Position numbers and translations under genes: made by a program
Assembly: GCA_016649875.1 (NCBI GenBank)
Contig: JAENWW010000005.1
Span: forward strand, 12,401-76,400
Reading direction: 5' to 3'
Length of the DNA: 64,000 nt
From: Coriobacteriia bacterium
Lineage (GTDB): Bacteria > Actinomycetota > Coriobacteriia > WRKU01 > JAENWW01
In this document: positions 25,960-40,998 of the stretch, one piece after another
Position numbering within the stretch: position 1 is the stretch's first letter
Layout of the letters: the number at the start of each line of letters is the position of its first letter
The notes under the pieces: generated by a model
Databases searched by the model: none
What the model was told of the DNA's origin: nothing
What the model saw: the letters and a program-made list of their open reading frames with translations, nothing else

Positions 25960-28384
25960 TATCCAAGTGCGTTTTGGGAAAGACATACTGGTTCTCGAAG
26001 GAGCCATGGGAACCATGCTTCAGCGAGCCGGCATGGAGCCGGGGACCTGTCCCGAGTTCTTGAATATCGTCGAGCCCGACATGATTCAGCAAATCCACAC
26101 TTCTTACCATATGGCCGGGTCCGACTGTGCCACGTCGAACACATTCGGGGGTTCGCGAACCAAGCTTGCGGAGTTTAATCTCGAAAATCAACTCGAGGAG
26201 ATAAACCGCGCGGGCGTCCGCCTCGCCCGGTCGGGCGGTGCACCGCACATTCTGGCTGACATGGGGCCGACCGGCTTGGTGATGGAGCCTTTGGGTACCG
26301 TTCCCTTCGAGGAGGTATTCGCCCTTTTCGCCGAGCAGGCGCGTGCCCTCGCATCTGAGAATCCCGATGCGTTTCTGCTTGAGACATTCACCGATATCGC
26401 CGAATTGCGTGCGGCGGTTCTTGCCTGCAAATCGGTTTCGAACCTTCCCGTGATCGCTTGCGGCACGTTCGGACAAAACGGCCGCATGGACCTTTCGGGA
26501 ACCGACTCCGCTACAGCCGCCATTATTTTGGAGGCGGCCGGAGCCGATGCCGTCGGCATGAACTGCGGCGTCGGACCCGAGCATATGATTGATAACGCGC
26601 GCGCCATGGTCAAGGCCACCACGTTGCCCGTATTCGCGCAGCCGAATGCAGGGATTCCGACTCTCGACTTCAGGGGAAAAACGGTGTTTCCCGGAACGCC
26701 CGATGAAATGGCGCGTTTTGCGATTTTGGCTCGCGAGGCCGGTCTTGCCGGTGTCGGTTCATGTTGTGGTACTACCCCGAAATTCACGGGAGCGATTGCG
26801 ATTGAGATCAGTGGAAAATATTGTGTCGAGGTTCCGCGCGGGTTTTCAACGACGGTCGTCGCTTCGTCTCGTGCTTACGTTGAAATCGGTGCCGGTCCCC
26901 TGCGGGTAATCGGCGAGCGCATCAACCCGACGGGGAAGCCCGAACTGAAAGAGAGTTTGCTCGCCGGTTCGATGAGCATCGTGCGCCGTTACGGTGCGCA
27001 GCAAAGCGAGGCACATGCGGATTTGCTCGACGTGAATGTCGGTGCCGCAGGCGTGAACGCGTGTGAGATGCTCCCCAAAGCAGTCGCTGCGCTGACCGGC
27101 GTCATTGATACTCCGCTGGTCCTCGATACCACCGACTATGCGGCGCTCGAGGCGGCACTTCGCATCTACCCGGGCAAAGCACTCATCAACAGCGTCAACG
27201 GCGAGCCGGAGTCCTATGAGGCGGTATTGCCGTTGGCTAAAAAATACGGAGCGGCGCTTGTGGTGCTCGCGCTCGATGAAAACGGTATACCCAAAACTGC
27301 CGAAGGGCGCCTCGCCGTGGTCGAGCATGTGCGCGTCATTGCAAACGGCCTCGGGATTCCCGACAAAGATTTGCTGGTGGACTCTTTGGTCATGGCCGCC
27401 GCGGCCGACCCCGATGCTCCGGAAGTCACGCTTGACGCGACGGCGCTTGTGAAAAAGGCCGGGCTCAATGTGATGCTCGGTGTATCCAACGTCAGCCACG
27501 GGCTACCTATGCGCGGAGTGCTCAATGCCGCATTTTTGACCGCGGCCGCCTCTCTCGGGCTTGATTGTGCGATTGTGAATCCCAACGATTCGCTCATTTC
27601 AGAAGCCGTGAGGACTATCAATTCGGGGCGCGAAAACGGAGTTTCGCATGCTACGACCGCACGTCGTGAATTCAGCCTGCTGCTCGAACGCGCACTCGAG
27701 AGGGGGAAAGGTTCGACGTCTGCCGAAGAGGCTCGCCGGCCTACCGACGCCGCATATGACCCGGAGGTCGAGTTGCGCCGTGCCATCTCTCAAGGAGACG
27801 CGCAAGGTGCCCCGGCGCATGTCGACGTACTCATCGAACAAGGGCTTACGCCGGCTGAAATCATCGGTGATGTTTTGACTCCGGCGATCAAGCATCTCGG
27901 GGACGGCTTCGGACGAGGAGAGGTGTTCCTCCCTCAGTTGATGGCCGCCGCCGATGCGATGAAAGCCGGTGTCGCTCGTGCGAAATCGTATTTGAACTCG
28001 ACCGATGCGGCCGCTTCGACGAAAGGGCGTGTCGTTTTCGCGACGGTGAAAGGCGACATCCACTCGATCGGCAAAGACATCTGCATATCGTTGCTCGAAT
28101 CACAGGGTTTCGAGGTGCACGACCTCGGTGTCGATGTCGCTCCCGAAACGATTTTAGAAGCCGCCACAACTGCCGATGCCGTGTGTCTTTCGGCACTTAT
28201 GACCACGACGCTACCCTCCATGGAAGCGACGAAAAAGCTCGTCGTTTCGCGCTTTCCGAATATTCCTGTGTTAGTCGGAGGTGCGGTCGTCACCCCCGAG
28301 TGGGCTGCACAGATCGGAGCTTATTATTCGGCGAATGCGCCCGAATGTGTTGAAATGGTCGGCGCCACGATTAAGAAAGCCTAA
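25952..28384 (+). CDS. metH: Cobalamin-dependent methionine synthase (Hcy, pterin and B12 domains; no reactivation domain)
   Basis: EGAMGTML, GMNCG, GSCCGT (Zn), IGERINPTGK and GDIHSIGK (B12) motifs. The protein ends after the B12-binding domain. Confidence 0.9.
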   Translation: MPDIQVRFGKDILVLEGAMGTMLQRAGMEPGTCPEFLNIVEPDMIQQIHTSYHMAGSDCATSNTFGGSRTKLAEFNLENQLEEINRAGVRLARSGGAPHILADMGPTGLVMEPLGTVPFEEVFALFAEQARALASENPDAFLLETFTDIAELRAAVLACKSVSNLPVIACGTFGQNGRMDLSGTDSATAAIILEAAGADAVGMNCGVGPEHMIDNARAMVKATTLPVFAQPNAGIPTLDFRGKTVFPGTPDEMARFAILAREAGLAGVGSCCGTTPKFTGAIAIEISGKYCVEVPRGFSTTVVASSRAYVEIGAGPLRVIGERINPTGKPELKESLLAGSMSIVRRYGAQQSEAHADLLDVNVGAAGVNACEMLPKAVAALTGVIDTPLVLDTTDYAALEAALRIYPGKALINSVNGEPESYEAVLPLAKKYGAALVVLALDENGIPKTAEGRLAVVEHVRVIANGLGIPDKDLLVDSLVMAAAADPDAPEVTLDATALVKKAGLNVMLGVSNVSHGLPMRGVLNAAFLTAAASLGLDCAIVNPNDSLISEAVRTINSGRENGVSHATTARREFSLLLERALERGKGSTSAEEARRPTDAAYDPEVELRRAISQGDAQGAPAHVDVLIEQGLTPAEIIGDVLTPAIKHLGDGFGRGEVFLPQLMAAADAMKAGVARAKSYLNSTDAAASTKGRVVFATVKGDIHSIGKDICISLLESQGFEVHDLGVDVAPETILEAATTADAVCLSALMTTTLPSMEATKKLVVSRFPNIPVLVGGAVVTPEWAAQIGAYYSANAPECVEMVGATIKKA

Positions 28385-28394
28385 AGGTGCATCA

Positions 28395-29120
28395 GTGATT
28401 ATCACCACGCCCAAAGAGTTCGACCATATCCTTTCCAACTTACGCGATGTAGATGCCGAGAGCGTCTTTCTGGTGGGCTGCGGCTCCTGCGCGACCGTGG
28501 CCAAAACCGGCGGTGAGCCCGAACTGCTCGCGGCGGCCGCAAAACTTCAAGAGGCGGGCTATACGGTGCTCGGCCATACGGTCGGTACGGAAATCACCTG
28601 TAACGTCGGGGGCACTCGTTCCACCATTCGCAAGAACGCCGAGGTGATACGTGAGGCCGATGCAGTCATCGTCTTCGCATGCGGATCGGGAGTCCAAACC
28701 GTCGCCGAGTTCGTCGATGTGCCGGTCTTTCCCGCGCTCGACAGTGTTTTTTTGGGCGCCATCGTACGCCAAGGTGAGTTTTCGGAGCGGTGCCGGATGT
28801 GCGGGGATTGCATATTGGATAAGACTGCGGGCATCTGCCCGCTGACCCAGTGTCCCAAAGGATTGCTCAACGGTCCGTGCGGCGGTATGTGGGACGGTAT
28901 GTGTGAAGTGATACCCGACCATGAGTGTGCCCATGTGCGTATCCAGCGGAGGCTTGAAAAACAGCATCGTTTGCAGCCCATTTCTCTGCCGCCGAAGAAC
29001 TACGGGGTGAGCCTGAAACCGGGACATGTGAATATTCGGAAGCCGCGTGTTCGTAAAAGCTTGTCGGATAGATCCGAATCCGGGGAGAAAAATACCGCCC
29101 GAACACAAGGGGAGCGATAA
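28395..29120 (+). CDS. metV: Methylene-THF reductase small (Cys-rich) subunit MetV
   Basis: GCGSCAT, ACGSGVQ, CRMCGDC and CPLTQCPKGLLNGPCGG motifs. It sits directly upstream of metF. Confidence 0.88.
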   Translation: MIITTPKEFDHILSNLRDVDAESVFLVGCGSCATVAKTGGEPELLAAAAKLQEAGYTVLGHTVGTEITCNVGGTRSTIRKNAEVIREADAVIVFACGSGVQTVAEFVDVPVFPALDSVFLGAIVRQGEFSERCRMCGDCILDKTAGICPLTQCPKGLLNGPCGGMWDGMCEVIPDHECAHVRIQRRLEKQHRLQPISLPPKNYGVSLKPGHVNIRKPRVRKSLSDRSESGEKNTARTQGER

Positions 29121-30001
29121 TGGGAAGATTTCGAGAAAAGCTCGAGGTGGGAGAGTTTGTCATAACCGGCGAAGTCGCTCCTCCGCGCGGAAATAACTGC
29201 GACAGGATGCTGGCAGAGGTCAAAGCATATGCATCGGTGGCCGACGCCGTCAACATAACCGACAATCAGGGGGCGACGCTCCATCTCAGCGCGTTGGCTG
29301 CCTCTCGCCTCACGCTCGATACCGGTCTCGTCGAACCGGTGTTCCAGCAAACGTGTCGTGACAGGAATCGTCTCGCGCTCGAATCCGACTTGCTCGCGGC
29401 ATCGACGTATGGGCTCGAGAATTTCCTCGCCGTTACCGGCGACAACCCCCACGCAGGCGATCATCCGCAGGCTAAGGGAGTGTTCGACATCGATTCGACG
29501 CAACTCATCAGGGTCGCGTGCGACCTCAACGAGGGCCACGACATGAACGGTAACCCGATTGACGGGGCGACGGACTTTTATGTCGGGGCGGCCGCTTTTC
29601 CCGAAGCCGAGCCGTGGGATATCCAGAAACGACGCATTGCCGGCAAAATCGATGCGGGTGCGCGCTTTTTTCAAACGCAAGCGTGCATGGATATCGAGGT
29701 GTTCGCGCGGCGTGTGCTTGAGATCAAAGATATGGGTGCGCACGTCATAGCCGGTGTTCTTTTGCTGAAAAGCGAACGAACGATCAACTTCATCAACAAC
29801 CGGTTGGCCGGTCTGATGGTTTCCGACTCGGTTGCCCGTGAAATAATTTCGGCGAAGGATCCCTATGAAACCTCGGTGCGTATTGCAATCGAGCAGGCGA
29901 AGGTTCTTTTTGAAGTCGCCGACGGTATCCACATGATGCCGCTCGGTGATATCGAAACGGGTGTCGGGATTTTGCGCGAAGCCGGTGTCGTTTCAAAATG
30001 A
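29120..30001 (+). CDS. metF: Methylenetetrahydrofolate reductase
   Basis: EVAPPRG, NITDN, TCRDRNR, VTGD and GARFFQTQ motifs. Confidence 0.92.
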   Translation: MGRFREKLEVGEFVITGEVAPPRGNNCDRMLAEVKAYASVADAVNITDNQGATLHLSALAASRLTLDTGLVEPVFQQTCRDRNRLALESDLLAASTYGLENFLAVTGDNPHAGDHPQAKGVFDIDSTQLIRVACDLNEGHDMNGNPIDGATDFYVGAAAFPEAEPWDIQKRRIAGKIDAGARFFQTQACMDIEVFARRVLEIKDMGAHVIAGVLLLKSERTINFINNRLAGLMVSDSVAREIISAKDPYETSVRIAIEQAKVLFEVADGIHMMPLGDIETGVGILREAGVVSK

Positions 30002-30084
30002 AGTGAGGTATGATTTCTCGAAACGGACAGATGTTCGAGAATTTTAAACGGTAGGTATGATTTCGATGGGAAGGGTGTTGCAGC

Positions 30085-34425
<4,341 letters not shown>

Positions 34426-34582
34426 TCAGCCGGCTCGAGTCTCTCCACAATCAGATATTTTATAGTGCGAATTCAGTGCGAAATCGCCCCACTGAGTTTG
34501 AGGTACGGTATCATGGAAAATTACTATGCTCATAAAAATTACCGTGCCACTGACATAATTTTTTAAGGAAGGTGTTTGCCGG

Positions 34583-34885
34583 ATGTCGCTTTCGAATGAA
34601 GAGGTGCGCCATGTTGCATTACTGGCGCGTCTCGGGTTAAGTGACGACCAGATTGAGAAGCTCGAGGGCGAATTGAATTCGATTCTCGGGCATATCGAGC
34701 AGATTTCGAAGCTCGACCTCGAAGGGGTTGAACTGATGACCCATCCGGTGCCCATGGTCAACTCCATGCGAGAAGATGAAATCGTCCCCGGTTTCTCCGT
34801 CGAGACTGCGCTGATGAACGCCCCGGCTCGCGAGGGAGACGCTTTCCTCATACCCCGTATCGTCGGTCCGGGAGGTGGCGAGTAA
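34583..34885 (+). CDS. gatC: Asp/Glu-tRNA amidotransferase subunit C
   Basis: EEVRHVALLARL..MRED..NAP..F.IPRI pattern. Confidence 0.95.
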   Translation: MSLSNEEVRHVALLARLGLSDDQIEKLEGELNSILGHIEQISKLDLEGVELMTHPVPMVNSMREDEIVPGFSVETALMNAPAREGDAFLIPRIVGPGGGE

Positions 34886-36372
34886 TGTCGCGCGTCGATA
34901 TAGCCGCCTTGAGCGCGGCCCAAATTTCCGCACTCGTCACTTCGAAAACGGTTTCGGCCCGAGAGGTCGCGCAAAGCGCTCTCGACCGCATAGAGCAACT
35001 CGATGAGAGTCTGCATGCATTCAACCAGGTGACGCCTGAGCTTGCTTATAAAGCTGCCGATGAGCTCGATGCGAAAATCGCTACAGGGGCAACCGTCGAT
35101 GAGCTCGGACCTTTGGCGGGCGCGCCGGTTGCCTTTAAAGACAACATGAACCTACTCGGTACGCGTACGACCTGTTCTTCCCGCATGCTGGAGAAGTATG
35201 AGTCGATGTATGATTGCACCGCGGTTCGCAAGCTTCTCGACGTGAATACGCTTCCTCTCGGAAAACTCAATATGGATGAATTCGCTTTCGGCTCATCCAC
35301 GGAAAACTCCGCCTTCGGTCCCACCAAGAATCCGTGGGACACAGACAGGGTTCCGGGCGGGTCTTCCGGCGGATCGGCGGCCGCGGTCGCCTCAGGCATG
35401 GTTTCTGCCACGCTTGGTTCCGATACGGGCGGATCGATTCGGCAACCGGGTGCATTCACCGGAACCGTTGCGCTCAAGCCGACCTACGGTCGCGTTTCTC
35501 GCTACGGATGTGTCGCCTTTGCCTCATCGCTGGACCAAATCGGTCCGTTTTCCAAAACGGTTGAAGATTGTGCGCTTGTGCTCAATGCGATTTCAGGAAA
35601 AGACAGTTTCGATGCGACGAGCGTCGTTCGCGAACCCGAGGATTTCACGCGGGCTCTGAAAAAAGATGTCAAAGGTATGAAAATCGCCGTTGCAACCGAT
35701 ATGCTTGATATCGCCGGGCTCGACCCCGAGATAAAAGAAGGTGTCCTTAACGCCGCCGAGCAACTCGCGGCAGCCGGCGCCCATGTCGGCGAAGTCACCT
35801 TGCCGAACGCCGAATACGGGCTCAGCGCGTACTATATCGTGGGACCTGCCGAAGCTTCGAGCAACCTCGCCCGCCTCGATGGTATTCGCTACGGTCTTCG
35901 CGTTGATGATGCGACCGATGTGCTCGATTTGTATATGCGCTCGCGCTCTCTGGGCTTCGGACCCGAAACCATCCGCCGCATCATGATCGGCACCTATGCT
36001 CTTTCAGCAGGCTACTACGATGCCTACTACGGTCAAGCTCAAAAAGCACGCACCGTCATTAAACAGGATTTCGACAAGGCATTCGCCGATTATGATGTCA
36101 TTTTGATGCCGACCACTCCGACCACCGCTTTTAAGCTCGGCGAGAAAACAGCCGATCCGCTCTCCATGTATCTCTCGGATGTCTTCACCATTCCCGTCAA
36201 TCTCGCGGGCAATGTGGGGCTTTCGATACCCATGGGATGTTCGAAAAAAGACGGCATGCCCATGGGACTTCAACTCATCGGAAACTACTTCGAGGAGTCG
36301 AAGGTGCTCACGGTTGCGAGCACGCTTGAAGAACTATTCAAGTTCGACTCAGTTCCTGCTCGGCTCGGCTAA
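34885..36372 (+). CDS. gatA: Asp/Glu-tRNA amidotransferase subunit A
   Basis: KDN, GKLNMDEFAFGSSTE, GGSSGGSAA and SDTGGSIRQP motifs. Confidence 0.96.
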   Translation: MSRVDIAALSAAQISALVTSKTVSAREVAQSALDRIEQLDESLHAFNQVTPELAYKAADELDAKIATGATVDELGPLAGAPVAFKDNMNLLGTRTTCSSRMLEKYESMYDCTAVRKLLDVNTLPLGKLNMDEFAFGSSTENSAFGPTKNPWDTDRVPGGSSGGSAAAVASGMVSATLGSDTGGSIRQPGAFTGTVALKPTYGRVSRYGCVAFASSLDQIGPFSKTVEDCALVLNAISGKDSFDATSVVREPEDFTRALKKDVKGMKIAVATDMLDIAGLDPEIKEGVLNAAEQLAAAGAHVGEVTLPNAEYGLSAYYIVGPAEASSNLARLDGIRYGLRVDDATDVLDLYMRSRSLGFGPETIRRIMIGTYALSAGYYDAYYGQAQKARTVIKQDFDKAFADYDVILMPTTPTTAFKLGEKTADPLSMYLSDVFTIPVNLAGNVGLSIPMGCSKKDGMPMGLQLIGNYFEESKVLTVASTLEELFKFDSVPARLG

Positions 36373-36387
36373 AAGGGAATAACGACA

Positions 36388-37875
36388 GTGAAGTTTTGGG
36401 AAAAAATACAGAGCGTCATAGAGCCGAGGAACGAACGTTCCGCCGAACTTCTCGAAGAGGTCGTAGACCCGTTGCCGCAACCTTTGACCACGTCGACCGT
36501 GCTCGGGGAGGTCCCCGATGAGGAATCGACGAATGGCACTTTTCCCGTCGTCTCGATCTCGCAAGACGACGACAGGGTCATCGAAGGCGCTCTCGTCGGA
36601 CTCCGCCATGAGATCGATGTCGTTCTTCCCGTGCAAGAAGAGATACTTGATGCCGACCCCAATCCGATGCCCGATCTTGATTCCCATCTTTTCAAACTCC
36701 CCGGTGGAATTTTCGGCAAAGGGGTGGATTACGATCCGGACAATCAGCCCGATCGGACCGGTCTTTATCGCGGATTCGTCGTCGGCGGGCTCATCGTTTT
36801 GATTGTCGCCGGTATTCTGCTCTATAAGTTCGTCATAGCTCCGTCCGTTTCCGTGCCCGATCTTGTGGGCAAATCGTCCGTTGAAGCCATCCACACGCTG
36901 AATGCACAAGGTCTTGCACTCGGTGATATGACCGAACGGGAGGTGACCGGCGTCGAAGAGGGTACGGTGGTGAATCAGGATCCACGAGTCGATATCCGGG
37001 TGGTAAAGGGTACGAAAGTCTCGCTCGTCATCGCCAAAGCCGGCGATATGACAAGCGTTCCCAGCCTCACCGGTATGACCGAGAAAGAGGCTCAGACGGC
37101 GCTCACCGACAGCCGACTTTCAATGGTGAATGTGAGTACTTACAGCGATACGATTTCGAAAGGGCACGTCGTCGGACAGTTGCCGGTATCGGAGACGGCG
37201 GTCGCTGCCACAACGAGCGTCACGGTATTGATTTCCTCCGGTCGATATTCGGATACGATAGCGGTGCCACGCGTTCTCGGACTGGGCGCCGACGAGGCCG
37301 GGAGTGTTTTGCGGAGCAAGGGTCTGAACCCGACGATATATTACGCCTCCACGAGTTTCGGCAATGCGAATGAAGTCGTCGTGCAAACGCCTTCGTCTCA
37401 AAGTGCGGTGTCTCCCCGCACCGTCGTCCAACTGCTCGTGTCAAAACCGAGCTCGGTTGCACAAACGAGCGTGCCCGATGTTGTCGGTCTTACGTCCGCC
37501 GATGCGCAAAAAATAATAATTTCGGCGGGTTTGAGCGTTCAGACCGTCTATGCGACCGACCGTGACGTGCCTGCGGGAAACGTTATCGCGCAGATGCCGA
37601 TTTCTAAAAATACAATCCTTCAAAAAGGCGATTCGGTGGGGCTCCTCATGTCGGTCGGGCCTTCTTCGACGGTCATAGTCCCCGATGTCTTGAGAGAATC
37701 CGTGTCCCAAGCACAGCAAGAACTCACGAGCATCGGTCTCGTACCTGTCGTGGTGGCGGCCGACAGTTCGAACAACGGCAATAATACGGTGGTGCAACAG
37801 TTTCCCGCCGGTCGAAGCTCATATAGATTAGGCATGTCCGTTTTGCTTTATGCACCCGTGAACGGTGCACGATAA
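36388..37875 (+). CDS. Membrane protein with ~5 extracellular PASTA domains and no kinase domain
   Basis: Acidic N-terminus, a single TM, and repeats starting VPDLVG, VPSLTG, VPRVLG, VPDVVG and VPDVLR, each followed by G.V..Q.P. Confidence 0.85.
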   Translation: MKFWEKIQSVIEPRNERSAELLEEVVDPLPQPLTTSTVLGEVPDEESTNGTFPVVSISQDDDRVIEGALVGLRHEIDVVLPVQEEILDADPNPMPDLDSHLFKLPGGIFGKGVDYDPDNQPDRTGLYRGFVVGGLIVLIVAGILLYKFVIAPSVSVPDLVGKSSVEAIHTLNAQGLALGDMTEREVTGVEEGTVVNQDPRVDIRVVKGTKVSLVIAKAGDMTSVPSLTGMTEKEAQTALTDSRLSMVNVSTYSDTISKGHVVGQLPVSETAVAATTSVTVLISSGRYSDTIAVPRVLGLGADEAGSVLRSKGLNPTIYYASTSFGNANEVVVQTPSSQSAVSPRTVVQLLVSKPSSVAQTSVPDVVGLTSADAQKIIISAGLSVQTVYATDRDVPAGNVIAQMPISKNTILQKGDSVGLLMSVGPSSTVIVPDVLRESVSQAQQELTSIGLVPVVVAADSSNNGNNTVVQQFPAGRSSYRLGMSVLLYAPVNGAR

Positions 37876-37902
37876 GTACCCTGTGAAAGGAAAGTAGTCG
37901 TT

Positions 37903-39456
37903 ATGGCAAAGGATCGTTTATTCGAAGTACTCGAGCGTTACGAGGCGGTTATCGGGCTTGAGATCCATACCGAGATCACTGCGACTAAAACGAAGATGTT
38001 TTGCGGATGCGAGGTAGCTTTCGGAGGAGGACCGAACTCACGGGTCTGCCCCGTTTGCCTCGGACTTCCCGGAGCACTCCCGGTTCCGAACAAAGCGGCA
38101 GTCGAGTGGACGGTGCTGGCCGGTCTTGCGACGAATTGTTCGATTGCACGGCGCAGCATGTTCCATCGTAAAAACTATTTTTATCCCGATATGCCGAAGG
38201 ACTATCAGATTTCGCAATACGACCTTCCTTTCTGTGTCGATGGACAAGTGTTCATCGATGTGGATGAAGAGGGTGTCGCGGAGCGTCTCGATAGGGACAC
38301 GGCAGAAAATGTCGAGGTCACTTCGGACGGCTACACGGCCAAAATAGGCATCACGCGTATCCATCTCGAAGAGGATACGGCGAAAATGATCCATGTCGGC
38401 GGCTCCGAAGGGAGAATCGCTGGTGCGACCAAGTCGCTGGTGGACTTCAACCGTGCGGGAACGCCACTCATGGAACTTGTCTCCGAACCCGATTTGCGTA
38501 CACCGGAGGAGGCGCGCCGTTTTGCCCAAAAGCTCCGCCTCACTTGGCTTTCGCTGGGTGTCAGCGACTGCAGCATGGAAGAAGGTTCCCTTCGCGTCGA
38601 TGCCAACATTTCCGTTCGTAAGCGCGGAGAAACCGAACTCGGAACAAAGGCGGAACTCAAAAATATAAATTCATTCAAAACGCTGCATGACGGGCTCGCC
38701 TATGAGATAGTTCGTCAGGCCGATATTCTCGACGCCGGAGGAACCATCATTCAAGAAACGCGCCACTATGATAACGCGGCGAAGGTCACGAGCACTTTGC
38801 GCAGTAAAGAAGAAGCGCACGATTATCGCTATTTTCCCGAGCCGGATATGGTTCCGTTCGAGTTTTCTGAAGAATTCGTCGAGACCGTCAAGACACGCCT
38901 CCCCGAACTGCCCGATGCGCGCAAAGCCCGCTTCATCAAAGAGTACGGTCTGCCGAATTTCGATGCCTTCGTTTTGACGTCCGATCTCGATATGGCCACG
39001 TTCTACGAACAGGCGGTCGCCGCCTGTTCACCGAAACTCGCCAAAGCAGTCAGCAATCTGGTGCTCAACGACTATTCGGCTTACTTGAATGCGAGTGGGC
39101 TCGGTGTTCTCGAGAACAAGGTCACGCCGGCTCACATCGGTCAACTCGTCACGTTGGTGGATGACGGAACGATTTCTTCCAAACAGGCGAAGGATGTCTT
39201 TCTCGCCATGGTCGAGTCCGGCAAAATGCCTGCGCTCATCGTTGAAGAAAAAGGTATGAAACAGGTATCGGATTCAGGTGCCATCGAAGATGTCGTCGAT
39301 AAGATCATGGCCGCCAATCTCGACAAGGTGGAGGAATATCGTGGGGGAAAGCAAGGACTCATCGGCTTTTTCGTCGGCCAAGTCATGCGCGAAATGCAGG
39401 GACAAGGCAACCCGAAAGTCATCAACGAGGTATTGAGGCGCAAGCTACAGGGGTAG
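37903..39456 (+). CDS. gatB: Asp/Glu-tRNA amidotransferase subunit B
   Basis: IGLEIH, RKNYFYPDMPK, HLEED, DFNRAGTPLMELVSEP and DYRYFPEPD motifs. Confidence 0.96.
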   Translation: MAKDRLFEVLERYEAVIGLEIHTEITATKTKMFCGCEVAFGGGPNSRVCPVCLGLPGALPVPNKAAVEWTVLAGLATNCSIARRSMFHRKNYFYPDMPKDYQISQYDLPFCVDGQVFIDVDEEGVAERLDRDTAENVEVTSDGYTAKIGITRIHLEEDTAKMIHVGGSEGRIAGATKSLVDFNRAGTPLMELVSEPDLRTPEEARRFAQKLRLTWLSLGVSDCSMEEGSLRVDANISVRKRGETELGTKAELKNINSFKTLHDGLAYEIVRQADILDAGGTIIQETRHYDNAAKVTSTLRSKEEAHDYRYFPEPDMVPFEFSEEFVETVKTRLPELPDARKARFIKEYGLPNFDAFVLTSDLDMATFYEQAVAACSPKLAKAVSNLVLNDYSAYLNASGLGVLENKVTPAHIGQLVTLVDDGTISSKQAKDVFLAMVESGKMPALIVEEKGMKQVSDSGAIEDVVDKIMAANLDKVEEYRGGKQGLIGFFVGQVMREMQGQGNPKVINEVLRRKLQG

Positions 39457-39510
39457 GCGTTCGCAGGTTATTCGCAGTAATTCTTCATAAGAGAACAGTA
39501 TTCGGAGCAA

Positions 39511-40998
39511 ATGATGAAACAAAAACCGATTGTCGACCCCATGCTCACTGATCTTTATCAACTGACGATGGCGCAAGGTTATTTTCTTTCAGGAAAAGAG
39601 TATCTCGAGGCGAACTTCACGATATTTTTCCGTGAAAATCCCTTTTCGGGTGGCTTCGCCATTGCGGGGGGAATCGAGCCCGCAATCGAATTCTTGGATA
39701 ACTTCGGTTTTACGGATGACGATATCGCTTATCTCGCGACGCTCGAAGCCGGCGACGGAACACACCTTTTCGTCGATGTCTTCCTCAAGCATCTCAAAGA
39801 GATGAAATTCGCGTGCAACGTCGAAGCCGTCGAAGAAGGAACGGTTATTTTTGCGCGCGAGCCGATTTTCAAAGTATCGGGTCCCATTGAACAGTGCCAA
39901 ATCGTCGAAACGACGCTCTTGAACATAATCAACTTTTCAACGCTTGTCGCGACGAAGGCCGCAAGGTGCAATATCGCCGCGAAAGGGGACGCGATTTTGG
40001 AATTCGGGTTGCGGCGTGCGCAAGGTCCCGACGGCGGTCTCATGGCGAGTCGTGCCTCGTTCATCGGAGGTTGTGCCGCCACTTCGAACACTCTCGCCGG
40101 GCAAGTCTACGATATACCGGTCGCCGGTACGCACGCCCACTCGTGGATTATGGCGTTTGATTCTGAGAAAGAGTCGTTTGACGCCTATGTCGAAACATCG
40201 CCGAATAACGTGGTGCTCCTCGTCGACACCTATGACACGCTGCGCGGGGTGAAGTACGCCATCGAGTCGGGACGTGCGATGGAGGCGCGCGGGGAGCATT
40301 TTGTGGGAATCCGTATCGACTCGGGCGACCTTGCATGGCTCTCGAAAGAGGCGCGGAAAATGCTTGATGATGCGGGGCTAACGCATGCGAAGATTTTCGC
40401 CTCCAATGAACTTGACGAATACACGATCTCCTCGCTGAAAGATCAGGGCGCGCCCATAGACGTGTGGGGAGTCGGCACGAAGATGGCCACCGCATTCGAC
40501 CAGCCTGCACTCGGGGGAGTTTATAAATTGACGGCCATCCGTAAACAGGGCGATGAAACATGGTCGCCGCGCATCAAAGTATCCTCACAAGCGAACAAAA
40601 TCACGACTCCGGGAATTCACGGAGTTCGTCGGTATGTGCGAGAAGACGGAAGCTATGCCGGAGATATGGTGTACGATCTGCAGAATGCTCCGAAATCCGC
40701 GGCTGCGGTTATGGTGGACCCCTTCGACTCAATGAGGAGAAAGCGCTTCGAGACCGAAGCGGTCTACTGGGAACTGTTGATTCCGATGTTTGAGTCCGGA
40801 AGGCTCGTGTATGAGTTGCCGACCATTCGCCAAGTCCAGGCGCGAGCTCATGAAGGCATACGTCATCTGCATGAGACGCAGCTACGTTTTCTGAATCCGC
40901 ACACCTATCCAGTCGGGCTCGAACAATCGCTGTATGATGTGCGCAACCGTCTCCTCGAAGAAGCACGCAGCAGAGGAAACGGAGGCTCATATGAGTGA
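39511..40998 (+). CDS. pncB: Nicotinate phosphoribosyltransferase
   Basis: LTDLYQLTM, EFGLRRAQG, GTHAHS, LVDTYD and IRIDSGD motifs. Confidence 0.95.
   Translation: MMKQKPIVDPMLTDLYQLTMAQGYFLSGKEYLEANFTIFFRENPFSGGFAIAGGIEPAIEFLDNFGFTDDDIAYLATLEAGDGTHLFVDVFLKHLKEMKFACNVEAVEEGTVIFAREPIFKVSGPIEQCQIVETTLLNIINFSTLVATKAARCNIAAKGDAILEFGLRRAQGPDGGLMASRASFIGGCAATSNTLAGQVYDIPVAGTHAHSWIMAFDSEKESFDAYVETSPNNVVLLVDTYDTLRGVKYAIESGRAMEARGEHFVGIRIDSGDLAWLSKEARKMLDDAGLTHAKIFASNELDEYTISSLKDQGAPIDVWGVGTKMATAFDQPALGGVYKLTAIRKQGDETWSPRIKVSSQANKITTPGIHGVRRYVREDGSYAGDMVYDLQNAPKSAAAVMVDPFDSMRRKRFETEAVYWELLIPMFESGRLVYELPTIRQVQARAHEGIRHLHETQLRFLNPHTYPVGLEQSLYDVRNRLLEEARSRGNGGSYE

Noticed and set aside
34465..34487. AGTGCGAA direct repeat upstream of gatC
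   Set aside because: Only two short copies, which could be chance.
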